This document shows positions 14,689 to 28,247 of a stretch of 64,000 nucleotides of DNA, in pieces; the first letter of the stretch is position 1; each line of letters opens with the position of its first letter. A program made the translations under genes and the position numbers. The stretch is from Bugula neritina. Its lineage: Eukaryota > Animalia > Bryozoa. Location of the stretch: assembly GCA_964035545.1 (NCBI GenBank), contig OZ037769.1, positions 8,723,929 through 8,787,928 of the forward strand. Direction: 5' to 3'. Under the pieces are notes generated by a model. It ran no database searches. It was not told the origin of the DNA and saw nothing but the letters and a program-made list of their open reading frames with translations.

Positions 14689-15290
14689 GTGGCAGCAGTG
14701 CGTTACACAGCAGGAATACTTCACTGTACTGCTGATAAGCTAAAGCAGATTGACGGAAAGACGATGAAACTTATGACAATAAATCGTGTACTCCATCCAA
14801 AAGCAGGCAAGTTGTATGTTAGCAGGAAGGAGGGCGACAGGGAAATGATGTCAATTGAAGAATGTGTAAGAATTGTAGACTGCAGATGCTCAGATTACAT
14901 AAAGATCATATGCATGGATGGAGACACCATACTGAATACCTTCCTAAAAGATAACACAGCAGCAGAACCAACTAAGGAAAAAGTATAGAGAGAACTGAAG
15001 AATCGAAAAAGGCTTTACATAGTAAATGCATCAACATGATGTAAAAAATGAAAGCATACTTATTAAACTAATTAAAATCTGTTTGATTGAAAAAGGAAAC
15101 AGAAGTACTATAGTGGTTGCTTAAGATCTAGCACTTCCTACTAGAATTTGCAAGTTGGCCATAATGAAGGAACGAGGCAGTAAGAAGTATCGAATGTGTA
15201 CTGCGAGGGATGAAGCTGTGATGCATATATTTAGTGAATGTGAGAAGGTAGCATAAAAAGAATATAAAAAGACAGGACTCTTACTCTGAT
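14689..15290 (+). mobile_element. Degraded R4/Dong-like (RLE-type) non-LTR retrotransposon fragment
   Basis: RYTAGIL...KLMT..RVLHPKA.KLYVSRKEGDR resembles LYLPRKEGGRGL; followed by a decayed zinc knuckle RMC....EAVMHIFSEC near 15190-15245. Confidence 0.75.
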
Positions 15291-15746
15291 GATTTCCGGA
15301 AGTTGTGTGTAGCAGGGAGCTGATGGATATAATATTATGATAAAAGAACCATTAAATTTCTTTTTCTACTTGAAGAAGCAGAAGTGAATGTAACAATCGT
15401 ATCATGAATCTATTTACATTGAACTTATACCAATGAAAATTTGTATAACTTTATTGTTAATTTAAATTTTTAGAATGTTGCCAAATGAAATATATTATTA
15501 TATATTATTTTCAGAGATATATATCTGACACATTCATACCAATGTAATGGTTAAATACTGTGCAATACTAGGATTAACCATTTAGCTACCCCATTTTTTT
15601 AAAAAAAAATTTAAGGAAGTAGTAAAAACCTATCATTTCATTGTATGTATTTATATATTTTAGAGGGCGAATGCATAAGCATCTGCTGAATTCTACGTCA
15701 TATAAAATTCAGATGTGCCTCGTGATTACCTGATGTAATTTTAGTG

Positions 15747-18700
15747 ATGAGTGAGGATTATGGCAAGAGTATCCTACGGGTGGTCATAGCACAGATCTGC
15801 AAGAATGTTGGCTGGGATTCAATCCACAGCTCAGCTCTGGAGGTACTTGTTGACTTTGCTGAGCGGCACATCAGTCAAATCGGGAGAAAGTCCAGAAGAT
15901 ACTCTGAACAATGTGAGTTTAAACTAAATATTTAAATTTCAGAAAAGGAGCAGCCGTAGTCTAGGGGCTAGAGCGTTTGGCTTAGTGAACTCGAAGTCAT
16001 AGGTTCGAAGCCCAGTAAAGGTCATTGGTGATGCAAAGGAGAGCATTAAGTCATAATTGCTCCTGTGTCCCATCTCACTAAGTCCTAAGTTTTATTTAAC
16101 AAAAAGAAGGTACACACTTCTAAGTTGCATAATAATAAGTTTGAATTTACAACTGTAGTTTACTTATGTGCCTCCGAGTTAATTCAAGCAGCATACATTG
16201 CATTACTCCTGGGAAGTTCCCCATTCAACTACTGTTTGTTTTATCTGCATATTTGTTCAAAACTAGTTAAAGTTCCTGACTGGAATTTTGTTTGCTAGTT
16301 GGCAGGATTGACCCGTCTGTTCACGAACTTGAGATGGTGTTCAAAGAAGTTGGTATTAATCCGAAAGAAATGCTAGACTACACCAAAAGCATTGATCCCA
16401 TTGCCATTAGTCAGCCAGTCTCAAGGTTTCCAGCTGAGTCTACTGACAAAGTTGAACTATTGATTCCAGTGTTGGATGATGAAGGAAAATTATCTGCACC
16501 TTCTGTTACCTTTGCTGACGAAGTTGACAAAGGTGACCCATAACGTTCATTTTGTAGTTGATGTAGTTTTTTGGTGACATGGTGGCCATATTGATTTCTC
16601 GTAAATATGAAAAATATTGTTGAGGGCTATTTGAGTTGAGTTTTTTTTTATAATTATCAATATTAGTTTTTTGAACCAAGTTGTAAGTTTTTTTCATTAT
16701 ACTGAAATTTTTTCATTGAAGTAGTAAAGGATTTTCAGTTTATTGTTTTTATTTAATAATTTGAATATTTATGTTATCAGTGTTTTTGCCAAGTGGGAGC
16801 CTCAAGATATTTGTCAAACCATATCTACCCCTATCTGTTGTAGCGGGGGTGAGTTCTGATGGACAAGAAGATGCTCCATCCTTAACTAATGACAATGCTG
16901 CCAGTCCTATTAGACCAGCTGCCGGCAAGTCTAGCAGGTAAATGAAACACGCTGTTCCATATAATACATAGAATGTGCTCATTTTTCCAAATTTATCTTT
17001 AACTTGCCCTCAATGTCTAATCATAGTAATTTCCTTTATTAGTATTATTGGAACTATCTTTTAGTTTTCATTTATTTTTGTGATTGCAGAGCTGGGAATG
17101 TGAGAGAAAATGTAAGATTTAAAGTTCGATCTCAAATGATGCTGGAGAATGGAGAGTTGTCCTCCTTTTTTTCATGTGGAAAAGCCCCCTCTGCAAAACG
17201 TCCCCCCAAACTTCAGCACGAATCAGCCATTCCTAAGCTAAAAGTTGAGCCAATCACCAAACCAAGAATTAATACTGGCATTATGAAAGCCAAGCCTAAG
17301 GTATTTAGTTCTTTTATACAAATCATCTATCTAGAAATTCTGTTTCATTGTGTCCACAATAAGTCATGGTGATGCCGTGTTCACAAACGTTCTAATCTTG
17401 GAAAAGTGCACACATACTGTTGTGTTTTAATAGATAAGTGTATTTAATGTATTTTATTATCGCAGACTGAATGAAAGAGAATGAATAACAAAAAGTGCTA
17501 GGTTTATAATAGTCTAAAAAGATAGCTTTTTGTGGTAGCCAAAATCCCTGTATATCAGCCCATCACAACAGAGAAAAACATAATGTAGTTAACATAGCGA
17601 TGAGCATACAATTACAGCTGTAATGTTTTAACAAAAGCTTTCCAAGCTCATGTAATGTCCCAACACATACATTGCACCAACTGTATTAAGTCATGGCTGA
17701 CTGCTTCTTAAGCCGGAGTTTATTTTTTGAAATATTAAAATTACATGCCCGTTGCTGAACCAGCGTTGGCAGTATAGAACAATAAATAAAACGTAGCACA
17801 ACCACATTAAGCAATAATCACAATAATGAATGTCGAAATTATCAAATTCTCCTTGGTGTGAGTCTGCACAAAAACTTAGTTAGTAATTTCTGTTGAGGGA
17901 CTAAAATACATTAAACTGAGTAGCCATTTTCTGCAGTCAGGTTTCTTAAAGGTGGATTTGAGTTATAAAATAAAAATACAACCAGTATGCAGTTTATAAA
18001 TGCAACTTTGTAATCTTTAAAAAAGTTATACCTTTAAAAATTCTCGTAAAGATTTGTAATATTTTATTTTCAGCCCAAGTCTCCCCCACCTATAGACGTG
18101 GAGGTAGATGTTTCTACAGTAGTTACTGAACCTTCTCCTCCTCCAATCACAGATCGGCTCAAACACAAACCTCCTAAAAAAGTTATCAAGAAGAAAAAGA
18201 AAACTGCTACTGCCGCACAGCCTGAAGGTACATTCTTTCTTACAGTCTCTCACTGTAAAATAATCACCTATGAATGTATTATTATTACTTGGCTATAATG
18301 CTGTTGCAAAATTTACTTAGTGTGTATATTCAGTTGAAGGTCGCATTTTTTGAGTGGTTTGTGAATATGTAGCTTTGACCAACTGTTTAGCATATTAGTC
18401 ATAGTATATTTTTATGTGGTTAGTTGAAAAACATTTCTTGGAAATATTATCTAAATCACGTAAATGAAAAATCACCAATGATGAATGAAATACAAGCATA
18501 AAAATAGCTATATAAGGAGTACATAATTACCATTAGTTATGTAAAGTAGATTTCGAACAGCTAAAAGCTAAGCATTAATTCCACCCAGTTAAAGCATATA
18601 TGTCAATATTATTTGTGTCCTAGTTGTAATATTCAGCATGCCCAAAGACATTCACTGACCTCTCTACCTTTTCCTGCTAATGATTTCATAGGTTTTACTG

Positions 18701-21700
18701 ACATATTTGGAGCTACGCTGGAGAAACCTCAGTCTAAATTGAAGTCAAAGCTGAGCAAACTGCAGCAGGCTATCTCTGAAGCTGAGACTATAGAGCGACC
18801 AGTAAGTGCTGCCAGTGCAGTCAGCGCTACCAGTGTGACCAGTGCTGTCAGTGCAGCTGCGCCCGTCTACATGGACGACATGTCTGACAGTGAGCTGAGG
18901 TCTCTTGCTCCAGACCTCTCACCAAGTCACACCGAAAGCATACCAGGGGCCAAGGTTGGTACAGTAGTTCTTGTTCAGCTGTTTTTGAAAGTGAGTTTGT
19001 CAGTTCATGTGAATAGACCCTTTTCAGTTGTTCCCAATATCCCCTTTACAATTAAGAGTTGTGTCCTCCCAAAGAGAATAAGTTGAACCTTTGTATAAAG
19101 AGCCAACTCATTAAAAGTTTAAAGTTTGGCTGCTACTTAAAGTTTTAATTATCCTATAGAATTGTTCTTTTAGAAGATAGATATTTTGGTATAGGCACAC
19201 ATGTTAGTAGTTTAAACAAAAATTTCTTCATTGAAAATTTTGAAAAAAATTAAGCTTGAAAGCATTTTTGTGGTTTTGATTACTGAGCAATGCTGAAGTG
19301 GTACTTCATTGCTCAGCAACCAAACTCACAAAAATACGTTCTAGTTTATTTTGTTCAATAATTTTCATTTTAGGAGAACACAACTCTTAATTGTAGGGGA
19401 AGATCTTGGGGACCTATGAAAAGGTCTATTCTACTGTGTATCTAACGTTACTTATTTTGAATAGTTGAGGTGCAGACCAGAGTTTTAAAGTTAATCTTAT
19501 AGATCTGTAGTCAGAGTAAGCTGCAGTATAAGAGAATATATAATTTACAACTCTCTTAGTTTGCTTCTGCCGTCAATGACTTCAATTTTTGAGCTAGAAA
19601 TTTAAGATTTAAAAAGAATTATAAACACATTACTAGACAATATTATTTGTCTAGATTTATTTTATTTTAAATGACATTATTTTCAAAATGTTATCTTTTT
19701 AATAGTAAACCTTTGAAACAAAATTTTATATTGTATCTTATATTTTTAGCTCTATTCAACATTAGCTGATTACTTGAAATGCATCTCATATTTTTGAATA
19801 ATTGATTACTCTAATTAAACATTAACTATGCTGTTTCTATTACATATAAAACACTAACATTTATCTTAGCATTTGGTGACCTCTGCCGTCCTTGTAGGCT
19901 AGACTGAAGAAATATGGGAGTACTATAGAAGCAGTTCTATCTAAAAGTAGTTCTGAAATGACTCGAGATGAGAGTGCAGTGGCTGATGCTTTCTCATTTG
20001 ATGACAGCATGTCTGGCGCAACTTCCGTATGTGTCACTTCCTGCTTGGGCTTATGTTAACTTTTCTCCACTACTATATGTTGATAATGCATTTGCATATA
20101 ATTTGAAGTTCTTATTTTTGTATTTACTAGAGCATGTCATTGTTAAGGTTAAACTCAAATTCAAAAGTAAGCAACTATGATATAACAACCAATGAAAGTA
20201 ACTACATTGAATAGCTCTTGAATTTAGCTAACTGCATGTTTGCTATTAACTAACCAGTTAACAAGTGATGTGTACATCCTAGGAACTATATACTAGGCAC
20301 TATAGGTAACATCATATTATATTATATTATATCATATTATACTCGTGTAGTTGAAAGGCACAAGTGAAAAGAAAACATCAAAAAAGAGCAAATCATCAGG
20401 TAGCTCTCGTTCTCCTCTCAATAAAAGTTCAGCCCCTGATTTGAACCCAGCAGCTGATGCGACTAATTCAAAAGACAAGAATGTAGCCTCTAAGGTGTGT
20501 AGTCACTGGTAGTCTAGTTAATTGAGAAAGTTACATAAATCTGATTAACTATGATCTGCGGGGTGTCCATGTACATAAGGCTAGTGTGTTAGTCTGCTAC
20601 TTTACTATTGCTATGCTGTAGAAACAGGAAATACTATGAAGGGAGAAACTGGTTAGGTCTCAGCGCACATTGTATAGCGTTAGAGTATGCATCTTGAACT
20701 TGTCCATATATTTAGACTGAGGGTGTTGAAAGTTTGTCCACAACTAATTCAACCTTGTAACTTCATTTGCTGTATACCTATTGAAGTCTTCATTCTGACA
20801 TGTTATCGCAGGCCAGTGCTAAAGACAACTACAAAGCTCAGAAAAGAATCAATATCAGGCGTATAAAAATGCTGGAAAAGTTAGCTACATCTACTAGCGT
20901 GGTGAGCAGACAACTACAGATTTACTCTGTAGAACTCTTTCAAGAGTTTGACTAATGGTCGCTTTAATGTAATGTTAGTTAGTTGTTTTTTTCATGTTTC
21001 ACTTTAGTTTTGGTCAGCTGTTCAAAAATGTGAGACTACCTTTGCTGATGATAGTTATGCTGGGCAATCTGTATTATATATAATATATAATATATAATAC
21101 ATATTATATATAATATATATTATATATTATATTATATTTTATATATAAGAGTTAACTTCTCCATGTATAAGCAGATACATTTCAGTTGATGATTTGTGTT
21201 AGGAACTCAACCCTTCTGTGAAATCTCCTCTGGAGCCCGAAGCTCCACAGCCACCTGCAAAGGCTGTAGATGTAGAGCCAGCAAACAAGGAGGAAGATGA
21301 TGAGGTATATAGCTTGCTGTCGTTTTCCTGGCAGCTCAAACATTTCCTAAGTGAACCGTTTGTTGGAATCAGCTTTATTATTTTTGATGGGTGCAGAATA
21401 TAGTCACATTGAGCTTTTTACAAAACAGCTTGTTTTATGCTGCACAGGGCTATAGATACGTGTTCTATGCTGCACAGGGCTACTAGTCAATTGTGAACAG
21501 TTAGAGTTTAAACATGCACTTTGTTTGACTAGGAGATAGAGGTGAATGTAGATGAAGACAGCGATGTAGATATACTAGAAGCTAGCTCTCCCACCCCTCT
21601 TCATCAAAACCCATATTCTTCATATTCAGAGACTGGATTTGCTGATTCATATGCTGCAACCCCACCCGCAGCTCCTTCCACTCCTCCTTTCCCACAGGCT

Positions 21701-24700
21701 ATGTATACTGAGCCTATGGATTATCAGCAAACACATTCAATAGAGTATGTTACTGATTTGCATAATAAATACAAATGACTTATAGCAAAAAGAAAATAGT
21801 TTTGTTGCAAAATGTTGCTAAATTTTGAAAATAATTAAAAATTGGCTTTTTGTCTTTGGGTGAACTACAATAATATTTCCACTACTGGTTAGGCCTTGGT
21901 CAATATTTATTTTTGTGTTGTGTTGCTATAGTTATATGAACATGTTGTCACTGCATCTCATCTGTGCATACGTTCATATTAAGAGTAATGATTGTTATTT
22001 TTTGATAGGCTTAGTCATACTGGAATGAGCCAATGGGAAGAACCTCCTACAGAGCCACCTTCTGTACCATACAGCAGTACAATGATTGACTTTGGCGCTG
22101 GTGTGACAGCCACCGAAGGTGTCCGGAAGGTTTGTGAGACTATTTTGGTTGAATGGTTTTATTGAAAATGTTTTTTTATTTGTTATAAAAACTGGAGTCT
22201 TATTTATTTATCGTAGGAGAAACACAAGAAAGAAAAAAAAGAGAAAAAAGAAAAGAAAAAAAAGAAACATAAGGAAAAAGACAAGGAAAGACAAGTCCAA
22301 AAAGAGGACAAATCCAAACACAGACATCACAGTACCTCTCCTCTTGTTGAGGTAAACAATATATCCAATGGCAGTTAAACAACTCTACTGAATAGAACCG
22401 TAGTTTGTCCTGTATACTATATCTTGTCTACTATATACTGTATACTATATCCTGTCTTCTATATACTGTATACTATATACTGTATACTATATACTGTATA
22501 CTATATCCTGTATACTATATCCTGTCTACTATATCCTGTCTACTATATACTGTCTACTATATCCTGTCTACTATATACTGTATACTATATCCTGTCTACT
22601 ATATACTGTCTACTATATCCTGTCTACTATATACTGTATACTATATCCTGTCTACTATATCCTGTCTACTATATACTGTCTACTATATCATGTATACTAT
22701 ATACTGTATACTATATCCTGAAAACTATACACTGTATACCATGTTCTGAAAATATATTTTCTCTGATTTTATGTTTTTCATAAAATGTGCCAAACTATAC
22801 TTATAGTTAATAGTTCTTGTACTGAACTGGTGTATCTGTTGCCATGTTTTACCGGAAGCTAGTGCAGAATGCCATCATTTCTCGAATTCAATGAGCTGCA
22901 CAATATCATACAGTTCCCTGCTCTTCTTTATGTTTTAGTATTTGCAATAAACTCTGCTTTACCAGCTTACTTAATCATTTTAAAAGCATGTTATTATTTG
23001 ATTATAATCATACAATTGGTAAGTAGTTGATTCAAACTTTTGAAGGGAGCCGATGATTCGCCCCAACAAGACACTGTGCCGAGGCTGACCTTAAAAATTG
23101 GATCTCAGGTTGTACAGGAAGAGCTAAACCAGACTCCTCCCCAGAGGGACACCTCCTATACATCTTCTACACAGCTACTAGGAGAAACAGTTCCTAAACT
23201 GTATGTTGAACCAGTTTTACTTTTTCTTAGCTGTTTGTAATACGACTATTCATAGCACTCATTCAATAATCACGTTTTAGCAGGGATTATTGTCTGTGTA
23301 GACAGTATACACTTGTAATAATTTGCATATTTTTGTCCCTCTGTGCTGATGTTATGTGGCAAGATTGTAATTTACCCAGCAATAAACGTATAAACACAGC
23401 AGCATTAGCTGACAAAAATCACAAGCACTGTAGTGGTATAGCAGCACTATTTAATAGTACAATAGCAGCTTTCTTGTTCAATCACTTTAGCTCAGTTAGG
23501 AAACCTAAACCTCTTCAAATACTCAGCAGTAGTCATCAAAAACTTGTCATTATTTTGCATTATTTTGCAGGAAATTATTTTTCTTTTTCTGTTATTTCAT
23601 TGTGCTGAGTTGTAATAGCTTAATACCTTTTACTGATGTGCATAATTGACTTATTAGTACGACTCAGTATCTGCTTCCACTAGAACCTATACATAATTTC
23701 GGTTACAGCGTTGTTTCGAGATTAGAGTAAAATTAGCTCTACTCTTATGAAATGTTTTTATTGACAGCCTGTAACTTGAATGTTTGTTAAACTCAGCCCA
23801 CTTCCTTGGTCTTTATTTCAGAGTGATAAAGCCAGTTGATGCAGGCATTGGCTATGGATCATACCCAGAGTCCACCAGTTTTGCACCACAGCCTGTCTTC
23901 CCGGTAATTGTATTTCCAATTATGTGTACGTTATTATTTTACCCTTTGATATGTCACCAGTCTCATCACTACTGTGTATTCACAGGTGGCCACCAGCTAT
24001 GCAGCCCCTGCTTACATTGCTGACCCAGTTGCTATGCCCGATGCTGATGGTAAAATATGGATTTGTCCTGCTTGTGGTAAACCAGACGATGGCAGTCCTA
24101 TGATTGGCTGTGACAGTTGTGATGAGTGGTACCATTGGTGAGTTTAGTTTATTGAAATTGACTTGCTGTCTTGCGTATTGCAGTATCTGGTACAAAAGTA
24201 TATGAAAATCTGGACGGTTACTAAAATGAAAATCTCTTCATTTAAAACTGTAATAGACCCTTTTCAGAGGCCCTCAATATCTCCCTTACAATTAAGAGTT
24301 GTGTTCTCCCAAAATGAAAATTGAATTGTTGAACAAAATAAACTAGAACACATTGTTTTAGTTGCTAGGTAATGCTGAAGTGTCACTTCAGCATTGCTCA
24401 GTAACCAAAACCACAAAAATGCTTTGAAATTTATTTTCTTCAAAGGTTTTCACGAAGAAATTTTTTAACAATTTTTTGAACTGCTAATATGTTTGTTTAT
24501 ACCAAAATATCTATCTCTTAAAATTACAATTCTATAGCATAATTAGAATTTTAAGTAGCTGCCAAACCTTAAATTTTTAATGAGTTTGCTCTTTATACAA
24601 AGGTTCAACCTATTCACTTTGAGAAGACACAACTCTTAATTGTGAAGGAGATATCGGGAACCTCTGAAGAAGGTCTACTCGAAAATCACAGCATGATATT

Positions 24701-24922
24701 TTAATGTTCTTTAGGGTTGTGTTATCTCTAGTAAATTCACTAGAGTAAACCCCTAGAATGCACGTGCGCATATAAGAACGCACAAGTATATATTACTTCA
24801 CTATTTTTAGGACGTGTGTTGGAATTTATGAGCCTCCACCAGATGATATGGAATGGTTTTGCCAACCTTGCGCAGAGAAAGACAAAAAGAAAAAGAAAAA
24901 ACGAAAGAAAGATAAACGATGA
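15747..24922 (+). CDS. TAF3: TFIID subunit 3 (histone-fold BTP domain plus C-terminal PHD finger), about 17 exons
   Basis: N-terminus MSEDYGKSILRVVIAQICKNVGWDSIHSSALEVL; Lys-rich internal exons (e.g. near 22216-22351). PHD spliced over 23986-24137 and 24811-24922: WICPACGKPDDGSPMIGCDSCDEWYHW|TCVGIYEPPPDDMEWFCQPC. TGA at 24920-24922. Internal exon boundaries approximate. Confidence 0.93.
15947..16090 (+). mobile_element. tRNA-derived SINE (copy 1)
   Basis: A-box-like TAGTCTAGGGG and B-box GGTTCGAAGCC followed by a non-tRNA body (GGTGATG..GAGAGCATTAAGTCATAATTGC) shared with 56723-56840. Confidence 0.7.
19012..19430. mobile_element. MITE, about 420 bp with ~60-bp imperfect TIRs (copy 1)
   Basis: AATAGACCCTTTTCAG...TACAATTAAGAGTTGTGT at the left end is inverted as ACACAACTCTTAATTGTA...GAAAAGGTCTATT at the right end; second copy at 24252-24679. 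Confidence 0.88.
22410..22740. repeat. 14-bp minisatellite TGT(A/C)TACTATAT(A/C)C in a TAF3 intron
   Basis: Direct reading of over 20 tandem units; explains repetitive ORFs 22405 and 22424. Confidence 0.93.
24252..24679. mobile_element. MITE, same family as 19012-19430, opposite orientation
   Basis: Same TIRs; internal sequence is the reverse complement of copy 1 (e.g. TTTATACAAAGGTTCAAC versus GTTGAACCTTTGTATAAA). Confidence 0.88.
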
Positions 24923-25473
24923 CTCATTATCTAAAGATGTTAGTTGCAAATTACATGTTTACTTGTACATATTTTTTCAAATAAATTTTTTGACACGCAT
25001 ACTTTGTATTTAGTCAATGTATGTTTTTTTACTTGATTTCACTTACATTCCTCACAAGAGACATTAACAGCTCAAAGTTAGTATTTAAAGTTTAAATTTG
25101 GAAACATTTTAATTCAATATATCTTCACAGCATAGAAGTTTTCTTTCCTCTGCATTATTATACCCATACCAAATATTTATTGGTATTTAAGGGTTGCATT
25201 ATGGTGTGACATTGAAGGCTATTTGTTAAGAGTCTGGTCAACTACAGCAAATCTTATCTTATGGTTATGAGGGGTCTCAGGTGCAGTCAATAAATATTGT
25301 TAGCGCTATAGCAACTTTAGTAGAGTTGTCCTACCATAACGCGTACGCTGAAAACGCTTCAAAAATTGTCTTGTGGGTATATTGGTGTAGTAGTCACGTT
25401 ATTCATAGATAATTGCCGACATTTCAAGGGTCTAACAGTCGGCTACGTTACCTGCACAATTTCTGTCACAGTC

Positions 25474-28247
25474 ATGGCCACTAAAGTGTTCCAAAATTTG
25501 AGGCACCAATTCGCGAAGGGTTCTACCAGAAACTATGCTCATGCCGGTTCTCATGAAGAGCATGTAGCAACTGGTAAGTAGTGTATTTTACTTCATAATT
25601 ATTGTTTTACTTATACAATGTCCATTGGGCGAGAAACAGGCACCATTGGCCATAGTCATAGTGATAGTGATAAAATCATAATGATAATGATAGTGATATT
25701 CATACTGATAGTGATAGCCATACTCATAGTGATGGCTTTGACTCATCCTGTTGAATCAGAGTCGAACAGTGTCAGTCTGAGAGTCAGAGTGGGTCTCTGA
25801 TGGTTACTTTGACTTAGAGTTAGTGTTGCAGTTAGCATTACTCCAAGTTTAACTCTTACTCCTAGTCCTAGTCTTAGTCTTAAACTTGAAGTCTTTCACT
25901 CTGACTCACAGTCACTGTTACTGGGCTCCTCGTAGTCAATCACAATGTCATATGTAAGTGTTACAACTTACAGTTACAGTTATCACTTAAACTTAATGTT
26001 ATTCTTATACTTATACTAATATTCATATTGACAATATGAGTGTGAGTATCGGTGTTACTGTTAGTGTTAGTGTTACATCTGTACCACTACTAGCTCTAGC
26101 TCTAAGTCATGAGTAAGTCTAAGAGTAACTTAAACTATAAGAGTAAAACTAAAAGTTTTAGAATTGGAAACTCTTGTAGTAATGGTGTAACTCAAGCTGT
26201 ATCACTTCCGGTATGATGGTTGTTGTGACCGACTATCACTATGACTATGAGTACATTTAAGTGTATGTCAATGTGAGTGTAGACTGTTGGTGTAGGTTAA
26301 GTTAAGGTATAAACTATGGCTTTGGCTTTGACTTTGGCTTTCAGGCTGAGAGTAACAGTGTGTCAGACTCCCAAGTCCAACTCCAGGTATTGCTATGGCT
26401 TATCATTATCATTATGATAATACCATTGACTTATTGAGTCTGAAACTGCCTACTGGTACTGGTATACTAATTCATAATCACCGAAACTTGGCTGTGAAAC
26501 TAATTGAATAATTGTGGTTTTGTCAATATCAATACGAATATTAATATTATTATGTTTATTGCGATTATAGTAACTGTTAGACTTAGTATTAGTATTGCAA
26601 AAAAGTGGTGAAGACCTAAGCTTCAGTTTGACTGTAAAATTGAAAGTAAATTTTCGTGTTACTTTTTAGTTACTACAGTAAAGTGATTACATTTACTGAT
26701 GGCGATAACTCATTGCAAAATGCTGTTGGCAGTCTGATTAACTGTAATGGTCTGTCTCTAATTGATCACTAATTAATTACTAATACAAATTGTAATGTAA
26801 CTACATATTTCACATTATTCATTGACTTTAGGACTGAAATAATGATGTGTGTTTTAAATTTAAAATTTTGGTTTTGTTGATAACAATGCTAATAATTATA
26901 TGACTGCTAAGTTTATTTAAAGAGAAATTGGCAACATCCGTTCATATCAATGATTATTATTATAATGATTGAGTGAATCTAATTCTGCGACATCTAAAGA
27001 CTGAGATTTAGGGTAAAAATATTAAAGTATAATGCTTTACTGAATAGAGCAATATATTGTTTTGATTTCCAGTGCATTATTTGATATATCTATATTTTAC
27101 CGATATACAGTGCTCACCATGGCCTGTATAACTTTATAATTGTTTGGCTATTGTTATTATGTTTCATAATATCTTAGTTACCTTTACTCTGTTACCACTA
27201 TATTTATATATCAATAACTGAATACACCATTATAATATCTTGCTTCTGAAAATTGTATGCAGCCAAGCTTTAGAAATAATTTGGGCCTGTGATAATGATG
27301 TGTCATGTATTTTATTTCTCAGCCAACTATATACCCACACCAACATGTCCAAACCTGTCAGCATATTGAATACAGAGCTCTTTTTATTGGTCAAAATGTC
27401 GTCAGTATTAGTAATTGGTTTAAAAGTAGTTGATATTAATAACTTTTAAAAGAGCATTGAACTGTTGAGACTGAAACATGTTGCCTTTTGTAGCCCGTAG
27501 ATGGAAGTTGATGACATACTTTTTGGTCCCTCCTGCGCTATTAGCTACCTGGTATAATGCCTTTTATATCTCAGAACATCACCAGAGACCAGAGTATATT
27601 GAGTATGATCATCTCAGAATACGAACTAAGGTCAGTTTTTTCATGTCTGCGTAAATACAAATTGTTTAGTTTGTACTTCTCTATAGATTCTAGAACTTTA
27701 GCTATGAAAACAGTTTGTTGCTAAGCTGATAGACCATGTTAAATGGCTACAGGGTTCATATGTCTTTCATAATACTATGAATACATAGTATTATGAAGGG
27801 TTAATACACCTGCAACGTTTCTCAAAAAGTGATCATATTAAAAAGAAGTAGTGCAAACACAATTTGACTTACAGAAATCTATAGTTTAATTATTTAGCTT
27901 TGTGATCAGCTGTGAACCATTAGTTTCAAGGCACATTTAAAATAGTTCTCAACTTGCACTTATAGTGGTATTGCTGGACATTTAATGGTTCGAAACAATG
28001 ATCTGTTGGGCTAACGCAACATGTTATGGATTGCATTCATTATAGTTTACAGTGTAGGCCATGTGAGTTTTGTTTTATTCCCGTAATGCAATATTTGCAC
28101 ATTTAAATCGGTTCGACATGCAATACGCAAATAATTTGTGCTGTTTAGGCATTTCCTTGGGGTGATGGAAACCATACACTCTTCCACAATCCTGAGATGA
28201 ACGCAGTACCCGGAGTGGGTTATGAAGCAGACCCCCCACACCATTAG
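25474..28247 (+). CDS. COX6A: Cytochrome c oxidase subunit 6A, mitochondrial
   Basis: Exons 25474-25573, 27494-27630 and 28149-28247 splice in frame: presequence [21 protein letters not shown], then [12 protein letters not shown]...[16 protein letters not shown]|[18 protein letters not shown]. LRIRTKxFPWGDGxxTLFHNP is the COX6A signature. Confidence 0.96.

Noticed and set aside
15947-16020. Possible tRNA gene
   Set aside because: No convincing acceptor stem, and it continues into a body shared with a second dispersed copy, so a SINE.
22405-22783. Two repetitive Tyr/Ile/Leu ORFs; a CRISPR-like array was considered
   Set aside because: A 14-bp tandem repeat with no unique spacers, in a eukaryotic intron.
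25618-25800. Small hydrophobic ORF resembling a membrane micropeptide
   Set aside because: A by-product of the T-every-third-base tract in COX6A intron 1.
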